Source of the DNA: Candidatus Woesearchaeota archaeon | Lineage (GTDB): Archaea > Nanobdellota > Nanobdellia > Woesearchaeales > WJKR01 | Assembly (NCBI GenBank): GCA_016927245.1 | Contig: JAFGNA010000010.1 | Location: 9,894 to 73,893, forward strand | Direction: 5' to 3' | Length of the DNA stretch: 64,000 bases | Shown here: positions 9,422-17,592 of the stretch, piece by piece | Position numbering within the stretch: the stretch's first letter is position 1 | How the letters are laid out: each line of letters begins with the position of its first letter | Position numbers and translations under genes: made by a program | Notes under the pieces: generated by a model | Seen by the model: only the letters and a program-made list of their open reading frames with translations | Told to the model about the DNA's origin: nothing | Database searches by the model: none

Positions 9422-9479
9422 GATGATAGCTTTTTATTGTTGTTGATGATACGATGCGATATGCATGGAGGAAAACGAG

Positions 9480-9508
9480 GTGCCGACAGGTGCCGGCACG
9501 CTCGTGCC
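9480..9508 (-). terminator. possible hairpin terminator (minus strand)
   Basis: Directly after the stop of 9509..11272 the minus strand reads GGCAC-GAGC-GTGCC. An alternative hairpin GTGCCG-N8-CGGCAC is followed by CTCGTTTTCC. Confidence 0.35.
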
Positions 9509-11272
9509 CTAAAAGAGGTAGCTTATCGTGAAGGAGATACCGCTGAGGCCGAACCGCTGGTCAACGCCGAGGGCTTCCCCTTGCAGTGCGGGTGCTCCGT
9601 GCGAGTTCCCGACGTACTGCCACCCTTTAGGGTAACGCGTCAGGTAGGCCTCCACACCGAGGTGCAGCCATTCGGTGATGCCGAACTGCAACCCGGGGGC
9701 GATGGTGAGCCCGGTGAGCCTTGCGTCCAGGACGAGGTCAGGGTCATCCGCTCCCTCAGGATAGGTCGCCGTGATCGTGGTGCCGTCCATCGTGTTCGTG
9801 ATGGTCTCAACCACTATCTCCTCGAACCCGAAGTAATAGTCAGGCCCGAAGCCGAGGCTCGCGAGCAACCGCCTGAACCCAAGGTATCCTTTGGCACGGA
9901 AGCCGAGCATCTCGCCATCGCTACGCGTGTAAGAAACCTCATCGCTGAAGTAAGGCCCTATCTGCGGCATGCGCAGGACACGGTAGTAATCCACTCCTCG
10001 CAGGTAGCTGACGCCGACGCCGATGCCCGCGGTGAAGCTTCCTCGCTCGTTGAACAGAAGCCCGAAACCCGTCTCATACGAGGGGAAATACCACGTGTTC
10101 TCAAGGTCTTCGTCGAGCGGTCCGCCGGTGAGCATGCACCTCGTCCCGAGGCCGACGTAGACCATCCTTGCAGGATGGGTTCTCGGCAGCGTGTCCTTTG
10201 AGGGCAGGTACACTGTGTCGGGATCGTCGACAGGGCATGGGGGGAGGTAGATGGTGTCCGGGCAGCACGTGTCGTTTTCCAGGCGCTTGACGGCTTCGAG
10301 GATTTCCTCGTACCCTTTGTCGTCATGGCTGTAGCCTTCCAGTGCTTCCTTGACCCAGTTCGTCAGCTCTTCCTTGGTGAAGGATTCTTGCGGAGTGTGA
10401 GGTGTCGCTTGGAGTCTTGGCGTCTCCGCTTCTTTCCTTGAAGGACTCGCGGCCTCTTTGCAGTGGCAGATGTTGACGAACGCCATTCCTCCTTCGTGCA
10501 TGACGAGGTACCATCCTTGGTCTATCGATCGCAGTTGCTCCTCGGTCAGCACCCAGGGGGAGCGCCAGTACCTTTGGAGCCTTGCGCAGGACTCGGGTGA
10601 GACCTTGCTTGAGGGTCCGTTGAGGCATCGCTCGAGCTCGTCGAGTATCCTTTCCTTCTCGGCTTCCCGGTGGTTCGCGAGCATCCCGTTGAAGAATTCT
10701 TCGGCGTACAAGGAGCTCAGGTAGGCCTTGATTCCTTCTTCCCTGTCGAGTACTGCCTGCGCTCCTTTGCGTATCCTTTTCGGGATGGTGTAGCTTCCGT
10801 CGGCTTTTGGGCGCACCCGTACGAAGGGGTCGTTGGCCAGAGGTCCGAGGGTGGTGTTGTTGGTGTACACTTGCTCCGGGCAGTTGCAGTCTTCCTTTCC
10901 TTCCGTGCCGCTTTTGGGGAGCACCAGCTTGGCGAACTCGCCTTCTGCACAGATGAAGGTCTCTTCCCTTATGAGTTCCCTGACATCTCCTTCGCTGACG
11001 GCGATGCTGTCAGCCATGACTTTTCCGTTCTCTTTCTCGGGCTTGACGGCCCAGTAGCCGTTGATGTCAGCGTAGAGGTTTATCCGGGAGATGTCCTGGT
11101 AGTCTTTTGAGGACAGCTGTTCCTGGAAATGGTGGCCGGTCAGTGCCTTAAGGGCTTCTTCCAGCCGCTCGGTGAACTCCCACGAGCCGCATTGGCGTTG
11201 CTGCGCGCGGGTCACTACCGCCGTGCTCAGGAGCAGGGCGGTGATGGTTGCGATGATGGTTGTCTTCTTCAT
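9509..11272 (-). CDS. secreted protein with C-terminal beta-barrel-like (OMP-like) domain
   Basis: Sec-type signal MKKTTIIATITALLLSTAVVTRA|QQ. Cys-rich middle region. The last ~230 aa show alternating hydrophobic/Gly/aromatic strands (FGLLFNERGSFTAGIGVGVSYL, LTIAPGLQFGITEWLHLGVEAYLTRY). The protein ends in GLSGISFTISYLF with a terminal Phe. Confidence 0.7.
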   Translation of the reverse strand: MKKTTIIATITALLLSTAVVTRAQQRQCGSWEFTERLEEALKALTGHHFQEQLSSKDYQDISRINLYADINGYWAVKPEKENGKVMADSIAVSEGDVRELIREETFICAEGEFAKLVLPKSGTEGKEDCNCPEQVYTNNTTLGPLANDPFVRVRPKADGSYTIPKRIRKGAQAVLDREEGIKAYLSSLYAEEFFNGMLANHREAEKERILDELERCLNGPSSKVSPESCARLQRYWRSPWVLTEEQLRSIDQGWYLVMHEGGMAFVNICHCKEAASPSRKEAETPRLQATPHTPQESFTKEELTNWVKEALEGYSHDDKGYEEILEAVKRLENDTCCPDTIYLPPCPVDDPDTVYLPSKDTLPRTHPARMVYVGLGTRCMLTGGPLDEDLENTWYFPSYETGFGLLFNERGSFTAGIGVGVSYLRGVDYYRVLRMPQIGPYFSDEVSYTRSDGEMLGFRAKGYLGFRRLLASLGFGPDYYFGFEEIVVETITNTMDGTTITATYPEGADDPDLVLDARLTGLTIAPGLQFGITEWLHLGVEAYLTRYPKGWQYVGNSHGAPALQGEALGVDQRFGLSGISFTISYLF

Positions 11273-11334
11273 GTGGTCTTATTGTTTGATTATTGTTGTT
11301 TTGTTGTCGCGGTATGAGGAGGATCTCTCCATCC

Positions 11335-11661
11335 TCATTCCTCTTCTTCGCCTTCGAGGAGCTCGTCCTCGATGGGAGGCGCATCGTCGCCGAGGATCTC
11401 TTCAGGGTAATCGATGTCCTCGATGTCCTTATCTATGGGGAGCGATGGCTGGACGCCTTCGTCCTCGCCGATGAGGGCTTTGAGGAGGGGGTATGATTCT
11501 GGGTGGCGTTTGGCGATGGTCGCTAGGCGCCTCACCGTGCTCTCCGTGAACGATCGCATCTCTTCATCGTATGCGTCGAAGTTATGGCAGCTCAGGTACG
11601 ATTCGAGCTTGTCGAGCAATGATGATATCTTTGGCTTGCCGCCGTTCCCTTGCTCATTCAT
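11335..11661 (-). CDS. hypothetical acidic protein (108 aa; alternative start 11745)
   Basis: Track ORF 11335..11745. The internal ATG at 11661 forms an ATGA start/stop overlap with the upstream ORF, whose stop is at 11658-11660. The C-terminus is highly acidic. Confidence 0.5.
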   Translation of the reverse strand: MNEQGNGGKPKISSLLDKLESYLSCHNFDAYDEEMRSFTESTVRRLATIAKRHPESYPLLKALIGEDEGVQPSLPIDKDIEDIDYPEEILGDDAPPIEDELLEGEEEE

Positions 11662-12395
11662 GGCGTGTATGATTCTATGGAGAGCGTCGGCCAGCCTGGC
11701 TTGTATTCGATTCCGCCAGGGTCCTTGTCCACGAGGATCGCCCATGTTTGGTGGGGCATGCCTTTCTGCAAGTTTTTCGCGCGGACGAGGTAGAGGTCTT
11801 CCCCGTAAGGTTTCTTCTTATCGTCGGCTGCTCGCTCGAGTCTTCTGGTGACTTCCTCGAACGGCGCGATAAGGAGGAGGGATGTCTCCTGGAATGTCCG
11901 CTGAGTCCTCAAGCCGACGAAGTAGTGCAGCCTGTAGACTCGCCCGTTGCTGACGAGGTGCGCTTCCTGGAATTGGTTCCCGTGCTTGCGGCGCAGCTCC
12001 TTGATGGTCTCCACAAGGGTTGCCAGTTCATCCGTCTGCGCTGGGACCAGCAGTCCCTTGAACGAGGTAGTGGTCAGTTCCAAGACTGCCTCGAGGGAGT
12101 AGCCGTAGCGGAGGCATTCCTCTGACACTCTTCGTCTCAGTTCCTTGTTGTCCAGACCATCATGCTCTGGGCGTTGCCTTGCTCTTTCTTCCTCGTTGCT
12201 TGGCGCCCGTGCTATTTCGATGAGATAGTGGCCTTCTTGGTGCTCGCCGTCGATGAGCAAGCTCCCTATGGTGAGGAGGTAGCCCTCGTCAGCGGTGAAA
12301 CGGGCGGTGATGAAGAGGCTTTCCGTGGTGAACTCGCTTTTTCTGATGCCCTTGAGGCAGTCTTCAGTGGTCTTTTTTTCTGTTCTTCGTTCCAT
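11658..12395 (-). CDS. hypothetical protein (245 aa)
   Basis: ORF in the co-directional island, translationally coupled to the next ORF. Confidence 0.6.
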   Translation of the reverse strand: MERRTEKKTTEDCLKGIRKSEFTTESLFITARFTADEGYLLTIGSLLIDGEHQEGHYLIEIARAPSNEEERARQRPEHDGLDNKELRRRVSEECLRYGYSLEAVLELTTTSFKGLLVPAQTDELATLVETIKELRRKHGNQFQEAHLVSNGRVYRLHYFVGLRTQRTFQETSLLLIAPFEEVTRRLERAADDKKKPYGEDLYLVRAKNLQKGMPHQTWAILVDKDPGGIEYKPGWPTLSIESYTP

Positions 12396-12496
12396 TGCGT
12401 TTGATTATTTTGTGTGTTTAAGTTGTTCTTTTCTTTCTCTTCTGGCATCCTTCTTCCTGGTTTCAGCAAGGGGCCTTCGGCGTGGTCTTCCCTTTC

Positions 12497-13036
12497 TCAT
12501 CGGTGCGCCTCTCGGTAAGCGGTCCTCGCTTGTTCCATCATGCGCTCCAAGGCCAATAATGCCTTCCTGATCTCTCTTTCAGCCTCTTGTTCGGGCGAGG
12601 TAGTGAACGCGATGGTGTCAGGGGTGAGAATGAGTTCGTTCCCGAGCCGCTCTGAGGCGTAGGCGATGTAGGTCCATGCGAGGAGTTGGTCTATCGTCTC
12701 GTCGTCGTAGAACCTGTCGAACGCTTGTTCTGCGGGGTGCGTGATTCGCTGCAGCCTCGGCGTCTTTGCGTGGGTGACGAGGTGTTGCCAGAACAGGCAG
12801 GAGACCTCGCTCGCCGTTTCTTCCTCGTTGATGGTCTCTGCGAATCTCTTGAATTCCTTGTAGACGAACTCATTGACATCGTAGACTGTGGTCTTGTTCT
12901 TGTCGTCGCTGCTGGCCACTATGAGGAGGAGCAGGGTGATGATGACTGCGGTGATGATGAGCTGCGCGCTCGTAGTGGAGCGCTGGGCGTTCCGTTGAAA
13001 GCTTGTTTTTGTTGGTGTGTCTGTGTGTTCGTTCAT
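12497..13036 (-). CDS. membrane-anchored hypothetical protein
   Basis: Single TM (AQLIITAVIITLLLLIVASS) after a polar N-tail, followed by a helical soluble domain. Confidence 0.55.
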   Translation of the reverse strand: MNEHTDTPTKTSFQRNAQRSTTSAQLIITAVIITLLLLIVASSDDKNKTTVYDVNEFVYKEFKRFAETINEEETASEVSCLFWQHLVTHAKTPRLQRITHPAEQAFDRFYDDETIDQLLAWTYIAYASERLGNELILTPDTIAFTTSPEQEAEREIRKALLALERMMEQARTAYREAHR

Positions 13037-13112
13037 GGTGATGTGTGCTTGTTAATGGTTTTTGGGTGCTTCATCGGTATTCCTTGGGTGTCTCATGTTA
13101 AGGAGTGGTTGT

Positions 13113-13559
13113 TCAGCCAATCCTTGACTTCTCCCTGAACCACCTCTTGAGGGCCATCCCTATTTTGGTCTTTGCCAGGTAGAGGAGTGAGAGCGCGATG
13201 CCGAGGCTTGTCGTCCAGCCTGCTGCTCTAAAGAATAGTTGCGTCTCGTCCTGCGGTCCTCCTGTGGACATGAAGAAGAAGAACGCGGCTGCTAATACCA
13301 GTATGGTCTTGATGACAAGGAAGATTATGGGGACGCCGAGGATGACGACGACCCGTTGTTTTTCCTCTTTGAGCTCTTCCTCGTCCTCGGGGATGAACCC
13401 AGTGAGTACGACTCCGCCGAGGCCGAAAAGCCAGAGTAGCCCTCCGTGCATCCAGTCGAGTTGGAGCGATTGTTCTTCCTTTCCTGAGAGGGTGACGAGC
13501 ACGATGGTGAGTGCGGTGATGAGCATGAGGATGACCCATTGATAGGTTGATTTTTTCAT
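13113..13559 (-). CDS. polytopic small membrane protein (~4 TM)
   Basis: Track ORF 13113..13667. The ATG at 13559 (MKKSTYQWVILMLITALTIVLVTL) avoids a 47-nt overlap with the upstream ORF. Confidence 0.55.
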   Translation of the reverse strand: MKKSTYQWVILMLITALTIVLVTLSGKEEQSLQLDWMHGGLLWLFGLGGVVLTGFIPEDEEELKEEKQRVVVILGVPIIFLVIKTILVLAAAFFFFMSTGGPQDETQLFFRAAGWTTSLGIALSLLYLAKTKIGMALKRWFREKSRIG

Positions 13560-13620
13560 GACAGTCTTTTTTAGTTCGCGATTATTGTTTATCATTATCA
13601 TTGAGGGGGGTGTCGTTCGT

Positions 13621-14415
13621 TTAGAACGCTTCGACGAGCCCGAAGCCCATCTCCTGATAGCCTTCATCGTTGATGCGTATGCCGCCGCAACGGTCCAGCC
13701 ATTCCATGAGGTCGACGGGTCTCGAGAAGTCGAAGAACTCGAGGGGGACTTCGTAGTGGTTCTTGGTCACCACCGGTCGTGGGAGGGACCTCGTCTCTAT
13801 TTTGGTCTTGATGGTGACGGCCCATCGTTCAGGTCTTCTTCTTATGCGGATGTCTGCGTCTATCACAGCGCAGTCGTCCTTCGCGACGATGTGGCTGACG
13901 ACGCGGTACTCCACTCCCAAGGGGTTGTGCACGCGGTAAAGGCACATGGTCTCGTCAGCGAGGTCATCAGTGAATTCGATGTGATGGATGAGGGTCATCT
14001 CGTGCTGTGCTGATAACGATGTGGTGGTGAGGATGAGCAGGAAGATGAGCTTTGTCTTGTTCCTCTGTCGCTGCTTGCGATTCTTCTCTTCCTCTTTAGT
14101 CTTCTTGTGCTGTTCCGATAGTGCGAGGAGTGATTCGGAAAACGCGAAGAGTGCCGTGGTGAGGATGATGGTGATGAGTGCTGTTGCGATGAGCCCTGCT
14201 GAGACATTGAGTATTCCCGTCTTGAACATGAAGTTAGGGAAGAGTATGCCGAGTGTCGTGTAGGCGATTGCGTACTCGGTGGTGAAGAGGATGAATGCTC
14301 TCGCGTTGGGTTGCTTCTCGTGCTTCATTGGACTGCCTTTCAGGTTCTTGGTGAAGACGATGAATGCTGCTATGTAGATGGCCAGTCCGATAATGGCGAT
14401 GATGATTGGTTTCAT
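13621..14415 (-). CDS. membrane protein (4-5 TM) with C-terminal soluble domain
   Basis: Hydrophobic helices span the first ~150 aa, with a Lys/Glu/Arg linker, then a ~110-aa soluble tail. Confidence 0.6.
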   Translation of the reverse strand: MKPIIIAIIGLAIYIAAFIVFTKNLKGSPMKHEKQPNARAFILFTTEYAIAYTTLGILFPNFMFKTGILNVSAGLIATALITIILTTALFAFSESLLALSEQHKKTKEEEKNRKQRQRNKTKLIFLLILTTTSLSAQHEMTLIHHIEFTDDLADETMCLYRVHNPLGVEYRVVSHIVAKDDCAVIDADIRIRRRPERWAVTIKTKIETRSLPRPVVTKNHYEVPLEFFDFSRPVDLMEWLDRCGGIRINDEGYQEMGFGLVEAF

Positions 14416-14444
14416 GATGTAAATTTTTTTGGTTTTCTCCTTTT

Positions 14445-15305
14445 TTATGCTTGGTTTGCTCTGGTCTGGGCGTAGTCATGCTCTGCCTCGTCGCCGCACC
14501 TGCACGCCATGAATTCTTTCATGCCGGTGCCGTAGTGGTCTTTCCCTTCCAGGAGGTCGTCGGTGACGTCCCTTCCGTACCATCGTGAGAGGGCGGCGAA
14601 GGTTATTTCCTGCTTGTTGTCGCGAGGCGCGTAGAGGCAGGGGCAGTCATCTTCGCACTCGTGGAACAGTTCGTGTACACCTTGTGAGATAGCATCGTAT
14701 TCCTCTGCCTGGGGGTCCTCCTCGGAGGAGTCTTGGAGAGAGGGTAATCCTGAATGCCCATAGGGGTCTGGGGCTGCGGCGTACGCTCCCTTTGGCTTCT
14801 TGTGAACGATAAGGATGTCATGGGGAGAAGTTGTGAGTTTTTCGAACGATTCTTCCTCTTGCTCTGGTATAGCTTGCCTGTTGGTCTTCACGGGCTGGGG
14901 GTCTCCGCGGTCGCGGTCACCGTTGCGCCTCCTCCTGAACTCTCTCGTCTTTGTCTCCTTGAGGTACTTGGTGTTCTTGCGGCGCTTCTTGGAATTCAGT
15001 TCGATCATGGTTTGGTGGTCGCCGTTGCTCCTGGAGAGCAGCGCTTCGTCGTTATTCTTCACGGCTATGGCGAACGCTCGTTTCAGGTCTTCTTCGGTGT
15101 TGGTTTCTCCTTCGTAGATGGTATCGCCGAGAAGGTTCTTGATGGTCAGGGTGTTGTTCCGCAAAGAGTGGGTGTAGCTGATAATGATGAACTCGTTGAT
15201 GTCGTAGCGGTATTCGCCTTTGCCGGTGAGTCGGTCGTCGGTTTCTTGGTGCTTTCCTTGCATGATGGCGCGGAAATCGTCGGTCGTGATTGTTGCTGTT
15301 CTCAT
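14445..15305 (-). CDS. hypothetical charged protein (alternative start 15386)
   Basis: Track ORF 14445..15386. The ATG at 15305 (MRTATITTDDF) is preceded by an AT-rich stretch. Basic/acidic low-complexity centre and Cys/His-rich C-terminus. Confidence 0.5.
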   Translation of the reverse strand: MRTATITTDDFRAIMQGKHQETDDRLTGKGEYRYDINEFIIISYTHSLRNNTLTIKNLLGDTIYEGETNTEEDLKRAFAIAVKNNDEALLSRSNGDHQTMIELNSKKRRKNTKYLKETKTREFRRRRNGDRDRGDPQPVKTNRQAIPEQEEESFEKLTTSPHDILIVHKKPKGAYAAAPDPYGHSGLPSLQDSSEEDPQAEEYDAISQGVHELFHECEDDCPCLYAPRDNKQEITFAALSRWYGRDVTDDLLEGKDHYGTGMKEFMACRCGDEAEHDYAQTRANQA

Positions 15306-15585
15306 GGTGATGCCAATGTTTTTTGATGATGAAAATATTGCGTTTGATGCTTTCAGATGATATCGCCGTTCTTGATGCCGCGGCACCTTGAGGCGATGGT
15401 CTTCTGCACGTCGTTCTCTGCGAGCTTCTCGTCTGTTATTTCCTGTAAGGTCTCTTCGTCGAGCTCTCGCATGAGCGCTTCGAGGTGTTGTTTGAATAGC
15501 AGGAAGCAGCCTGTTTCCTTGAGATGTCTTTCCTCTGCTCTGCGAGGAATGTTTCTTGGGTGCTCTTCTTTGTCTCGCTTTTAGG

Positions 15586-15993
15586 TTATTCTCTGCGCTT
15601 CCTTTCCTTATCTTTCAGAATAAGATGAGGGATCTTGATGAAGACGTAGTGCGGTAGCCGTTTGTGGTAGTGGTCCGCCTGCCTCTCTATCGCTTCGTCG
15701 TCTTCTTCGTAGTGCCAGTAGATGAGTTGCTCCTTCTCTTCCTTGATGAGCTTTCTGAGGAGCTTGGCCAGGCTTTCCCTTGCTGAACTGTCGATGTACT
15801 CCATCTTGACGTGTATGGTTGAGAAGTCAAGCGATTCGAGCCGTTCGCTGAGGTTGTTGAAGAAGTCGTTGTCGATTTCTCCTTCCGGTACGAGCAGTCG
15901 TCCTTTGATGATAAGCTTGGTGAATGGCGGTTCTTCTTGGACGATCACTTCAGGAGTGTTCTTGGTCGCTGTTCTGATGATGATTGTTTCCAT
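15586..15993 (-). CDS. SiaC-like / DUF1987 family protein
   Basis: The pattern TKNTPEV…G(R)LLVPEG…F…(L)…MEYIDSSARESLAKLLRKL…LIYWHYEEDDEAIERQADHY follows the DUF1987 (SiaC) signature TP.V…G.S.PE…L.Y.NTSS…L..L…W.Y…D. Recognised from memory, not from a search. Confidence 0.6.
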   Translation of the reverse strand: METIIIRTATKNTPEVIVQEEPPFTKLIIKGRLLVPEGEIDNDFFNNLSERLESLDFSTIHVKMEYIDSSARESLAKLLRKLIKEEKEQLIYWHYEEDDEAIERQADHYHKRLPHYVFIKIPHLILKDKERKRRE

Positions 15994-16036
15994 GTTTTTC
16001 TCTTTTTTTGCTGTTCTTCTGTCCTTTTGTTGTTCT

Positions 16037-16273
16037 TCAGTCGGTCGTCGTCCTTTTGCGGTCTTCTTCTTTCCCTGCGAGGTCGCTGATCCTGTTGGCG
16101 ATGAAGACGCCGACGAAGAAAATCGCGATCGCTGCGATGATGAGTATCCTTACGTGCACTGGCTTTGCGAGGCAGGGAACGGTGAGTACGAGGAGCAGGT
16201 AGAGGAGCCATGCGATGATGAGGATGTTGCCTGTGGTCACCAGCTTTTTCTGATTGTTCCAGAGCTTTTTCAT
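16037..16273 (-). CDS. small two-helix hairpin membrane protein (78 aa)
   Basis: NILIIAWLLYLLLVLTVPCLA - KPVHVR - ILIIAAIAIFFVGVFIA, then a charged tail. Confidence 0.5.
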   Translation of the reverse strand: MKKLWNNQKKLVTTGNILIIAWLLYLLLVLTVPCLAKPVHVRILIIAAIAIFFVGVFIANRISDLAGKEEDRKRTTTD

Positions 16274-16313
16274 GGGCGTGGTTGTTTTTTGGTGGATGAT
16301 GATGTTTCTCTCA

Positions 16314-16342
16314 TAAAAAAAGAGGAGCGGGCGCTCGCCTCC
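16314..16342 (-). terminator. hairpin + U-run terminator (minus strand)
   Basis: Minus strand has a GGAGGCG…CGCTCC imperfect hairpin followed by TCTTTTTTTAT, 30 nt downstream of the stop of 16372..16926. Confidence 0.45.
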
Positions 16343-16371
16343 TTTTCAGGGCGGTCCGCGCTCGCTTCTTA

Positions 16372-16926
16372 TCAGTAATTAGCGTCTTTTTCCTGTTGGC
16401 AGTAGTGCCAGGGCAGCTCTTCGTGGACGCCTTCGTAGTAGATGGCGCTCATCGCCTCGTCAGGTGTCAACCGGAGGTTGTTCAGGTCATAGCGGTATTC
16501 GTGCGTCCCGTGCTCGTGGTTGATGATGATGTAGAACATCTTCGCGTCCTTTTTCCCGGTCGGGCTGTAGGTCGCCACTTCTGCGGTGATGTTGTCGCTG
16601 TAAGCGCCTTCGTTGATGTTGTGGGCTTTCCTGAGCTTCTTCTCGTTGAAGAAGTACTCCTCGTCGTGCTTGTTGATCGGTATTGGTTTGTCCTTCTCGT
16701 AGACGAAGACGTCGAAGAAGTTGTGCTTCTTCCGGTCCGTCACGTAGGTCTTGAACGCTACTTGGTATTGGTTGTCAGGCGTTGCTAGTTCTTGGGTGAG
16801 CACGACGTACTCGTCCCCGGCGATGGTGGTGAAGTCGACGTCCTGCGCGGCTAGCCTCGTGGCTGCTATGAGGACGATGATGATGCTCCACCTGGATTTG
16901 ACGTTGTTGTGATTGTCTTTTTTCAT
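16372..16926 (-). CDS. secreted hypothetical protein
   Basis: Signal peptide …RWSIIIVLIAATRLAA|QD. The mature part is beta-rich and rich in Tyr/Asn/Lys. Confidence 0.6.
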   Translation of the reverse strand: MKKDNHNNVKSRWSIIIVLIAATRLAAQDVDFTTIAGDEYVVLTQELATPDNQYQVAFKTYVTDRKKHNFFDVFVYEKDKPIPINKHDEEYFFNEKKLRKAHNINEGAYSDNITAEVATYSPTGKKDAKMFYIIINHEHGTHEYRYDLNNLRLTPDEAMSAIYYEGVHEELPWHYCQQEKDANY

Positions 16927-16981
16927 GATTATTACTTTTTTTCGTGGATACTTGCTTGGTCGTTCTTTTGATGGGTTGGAA

Positions 16982-17431
16982 TCAACGCGTCTCGATGCCG
17001 TGCTCGTGCTGGTGGTCCTTCACGAACCGTGCGAGGAAGCGCGTTGCGTGCATGATGAACCAGAGGCTTGCCGTGACCATCCATACTGAGGCGAGGTAGA
17101 GCGGTATGGTTCCTCTGACGCACAGGGCGAAGGCGAGGAGTGAGAGGAGCGAGTAGAGCGCGTAGCCGTTCTCCCTTTGCAGGTATGCCTTGGTGACTTC
17201 GTCTTCTTCGAGGAAGAGGTTTCTGCAGACATAGAAGCTTATCTTTATGAACCCTGCGAGGAAGAGGGTGATGAACGCGTAGTACCACAGGATCTTGGCG
17301 TCGAGCTCGTCGTATTGGTGGAAGAAGTACGTGATGAGTGCGATGACGAGGAGGAGGTAGGTGATGAGGATGATGGTGTCAAGCAGTCCTTTGGACGGCT
17401 GGGCGTGATTAATGGTTTTTTGCTTTTTCAT
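16982..17431 (-). CDS. polytopic small membrane protein (~4 TM)
   Basis: 149 aa with four hydrophobic segments. No motif recognised. Confidence 0.55.
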   Translation of the reverse strand: MKKQKTINHAQPSKGLLDTIILITYLLLVIALITYFFHQYDELDAKILWYYAFITLFLAGFIKISFYVCRNLFLEEDEVTKAYLQRENGYALYSLLSLLAFALCVRGTIPLYLASVWMVTASLWFIMHATRFLARFVKDHQHEHGIETR

Positions 17432-17469
17432 GATGATTGCGTTTTTGATGAGACATAGTGTTATTTTAG

Positions 17470-17537
17470 CGCTTCCGCCAGGTTTCGAGCCTGGAGATGA
17501 CTGGTTTAGTCATCCACGCCTATTCGTGTAGGAAGCG
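17470..17537 (-). ncRNA. tRNA-like cloverleaf, non-canonical (possible tRNA remnant or mimic)
   Basis: Minus strand reads CGCTTCC-TA-CACG-AATAGG-CGTG-G-ATGAC-TAAACCA-GTCAT-CT-CCAGG-CTCGAAA-CCTGG-C-GGAAGCG. It has a 7-bp acceptor, U8, a D-loop GG and a T-loop-like UCGAA. Against a real tRNA: no U33, a 2-nt variable region, an extra nt before the 3' acceptor strand, and a C1-G72 pair. Confidence 0.3.
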
Positions 17538-17592
17538 GGGAGGAAAGAAGCGCCTGTAGGGGCTTGCTCCTTTCCTGTAATGAGAGGTTTTC

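Noticed and set aside
15357-15584. 75-aa plus ORF, and a 37-codon minus ORF (MRELDEETLQEITDEKLAENDVQKTIASRCRGIKNGDII), in the gap between island genes
   Set aside because: The plus ORF is Ser/Cys/Leu-rich antisense-type sequence. The minus mini-ORF is plausible in composition but too short to support without comparative or expression data.
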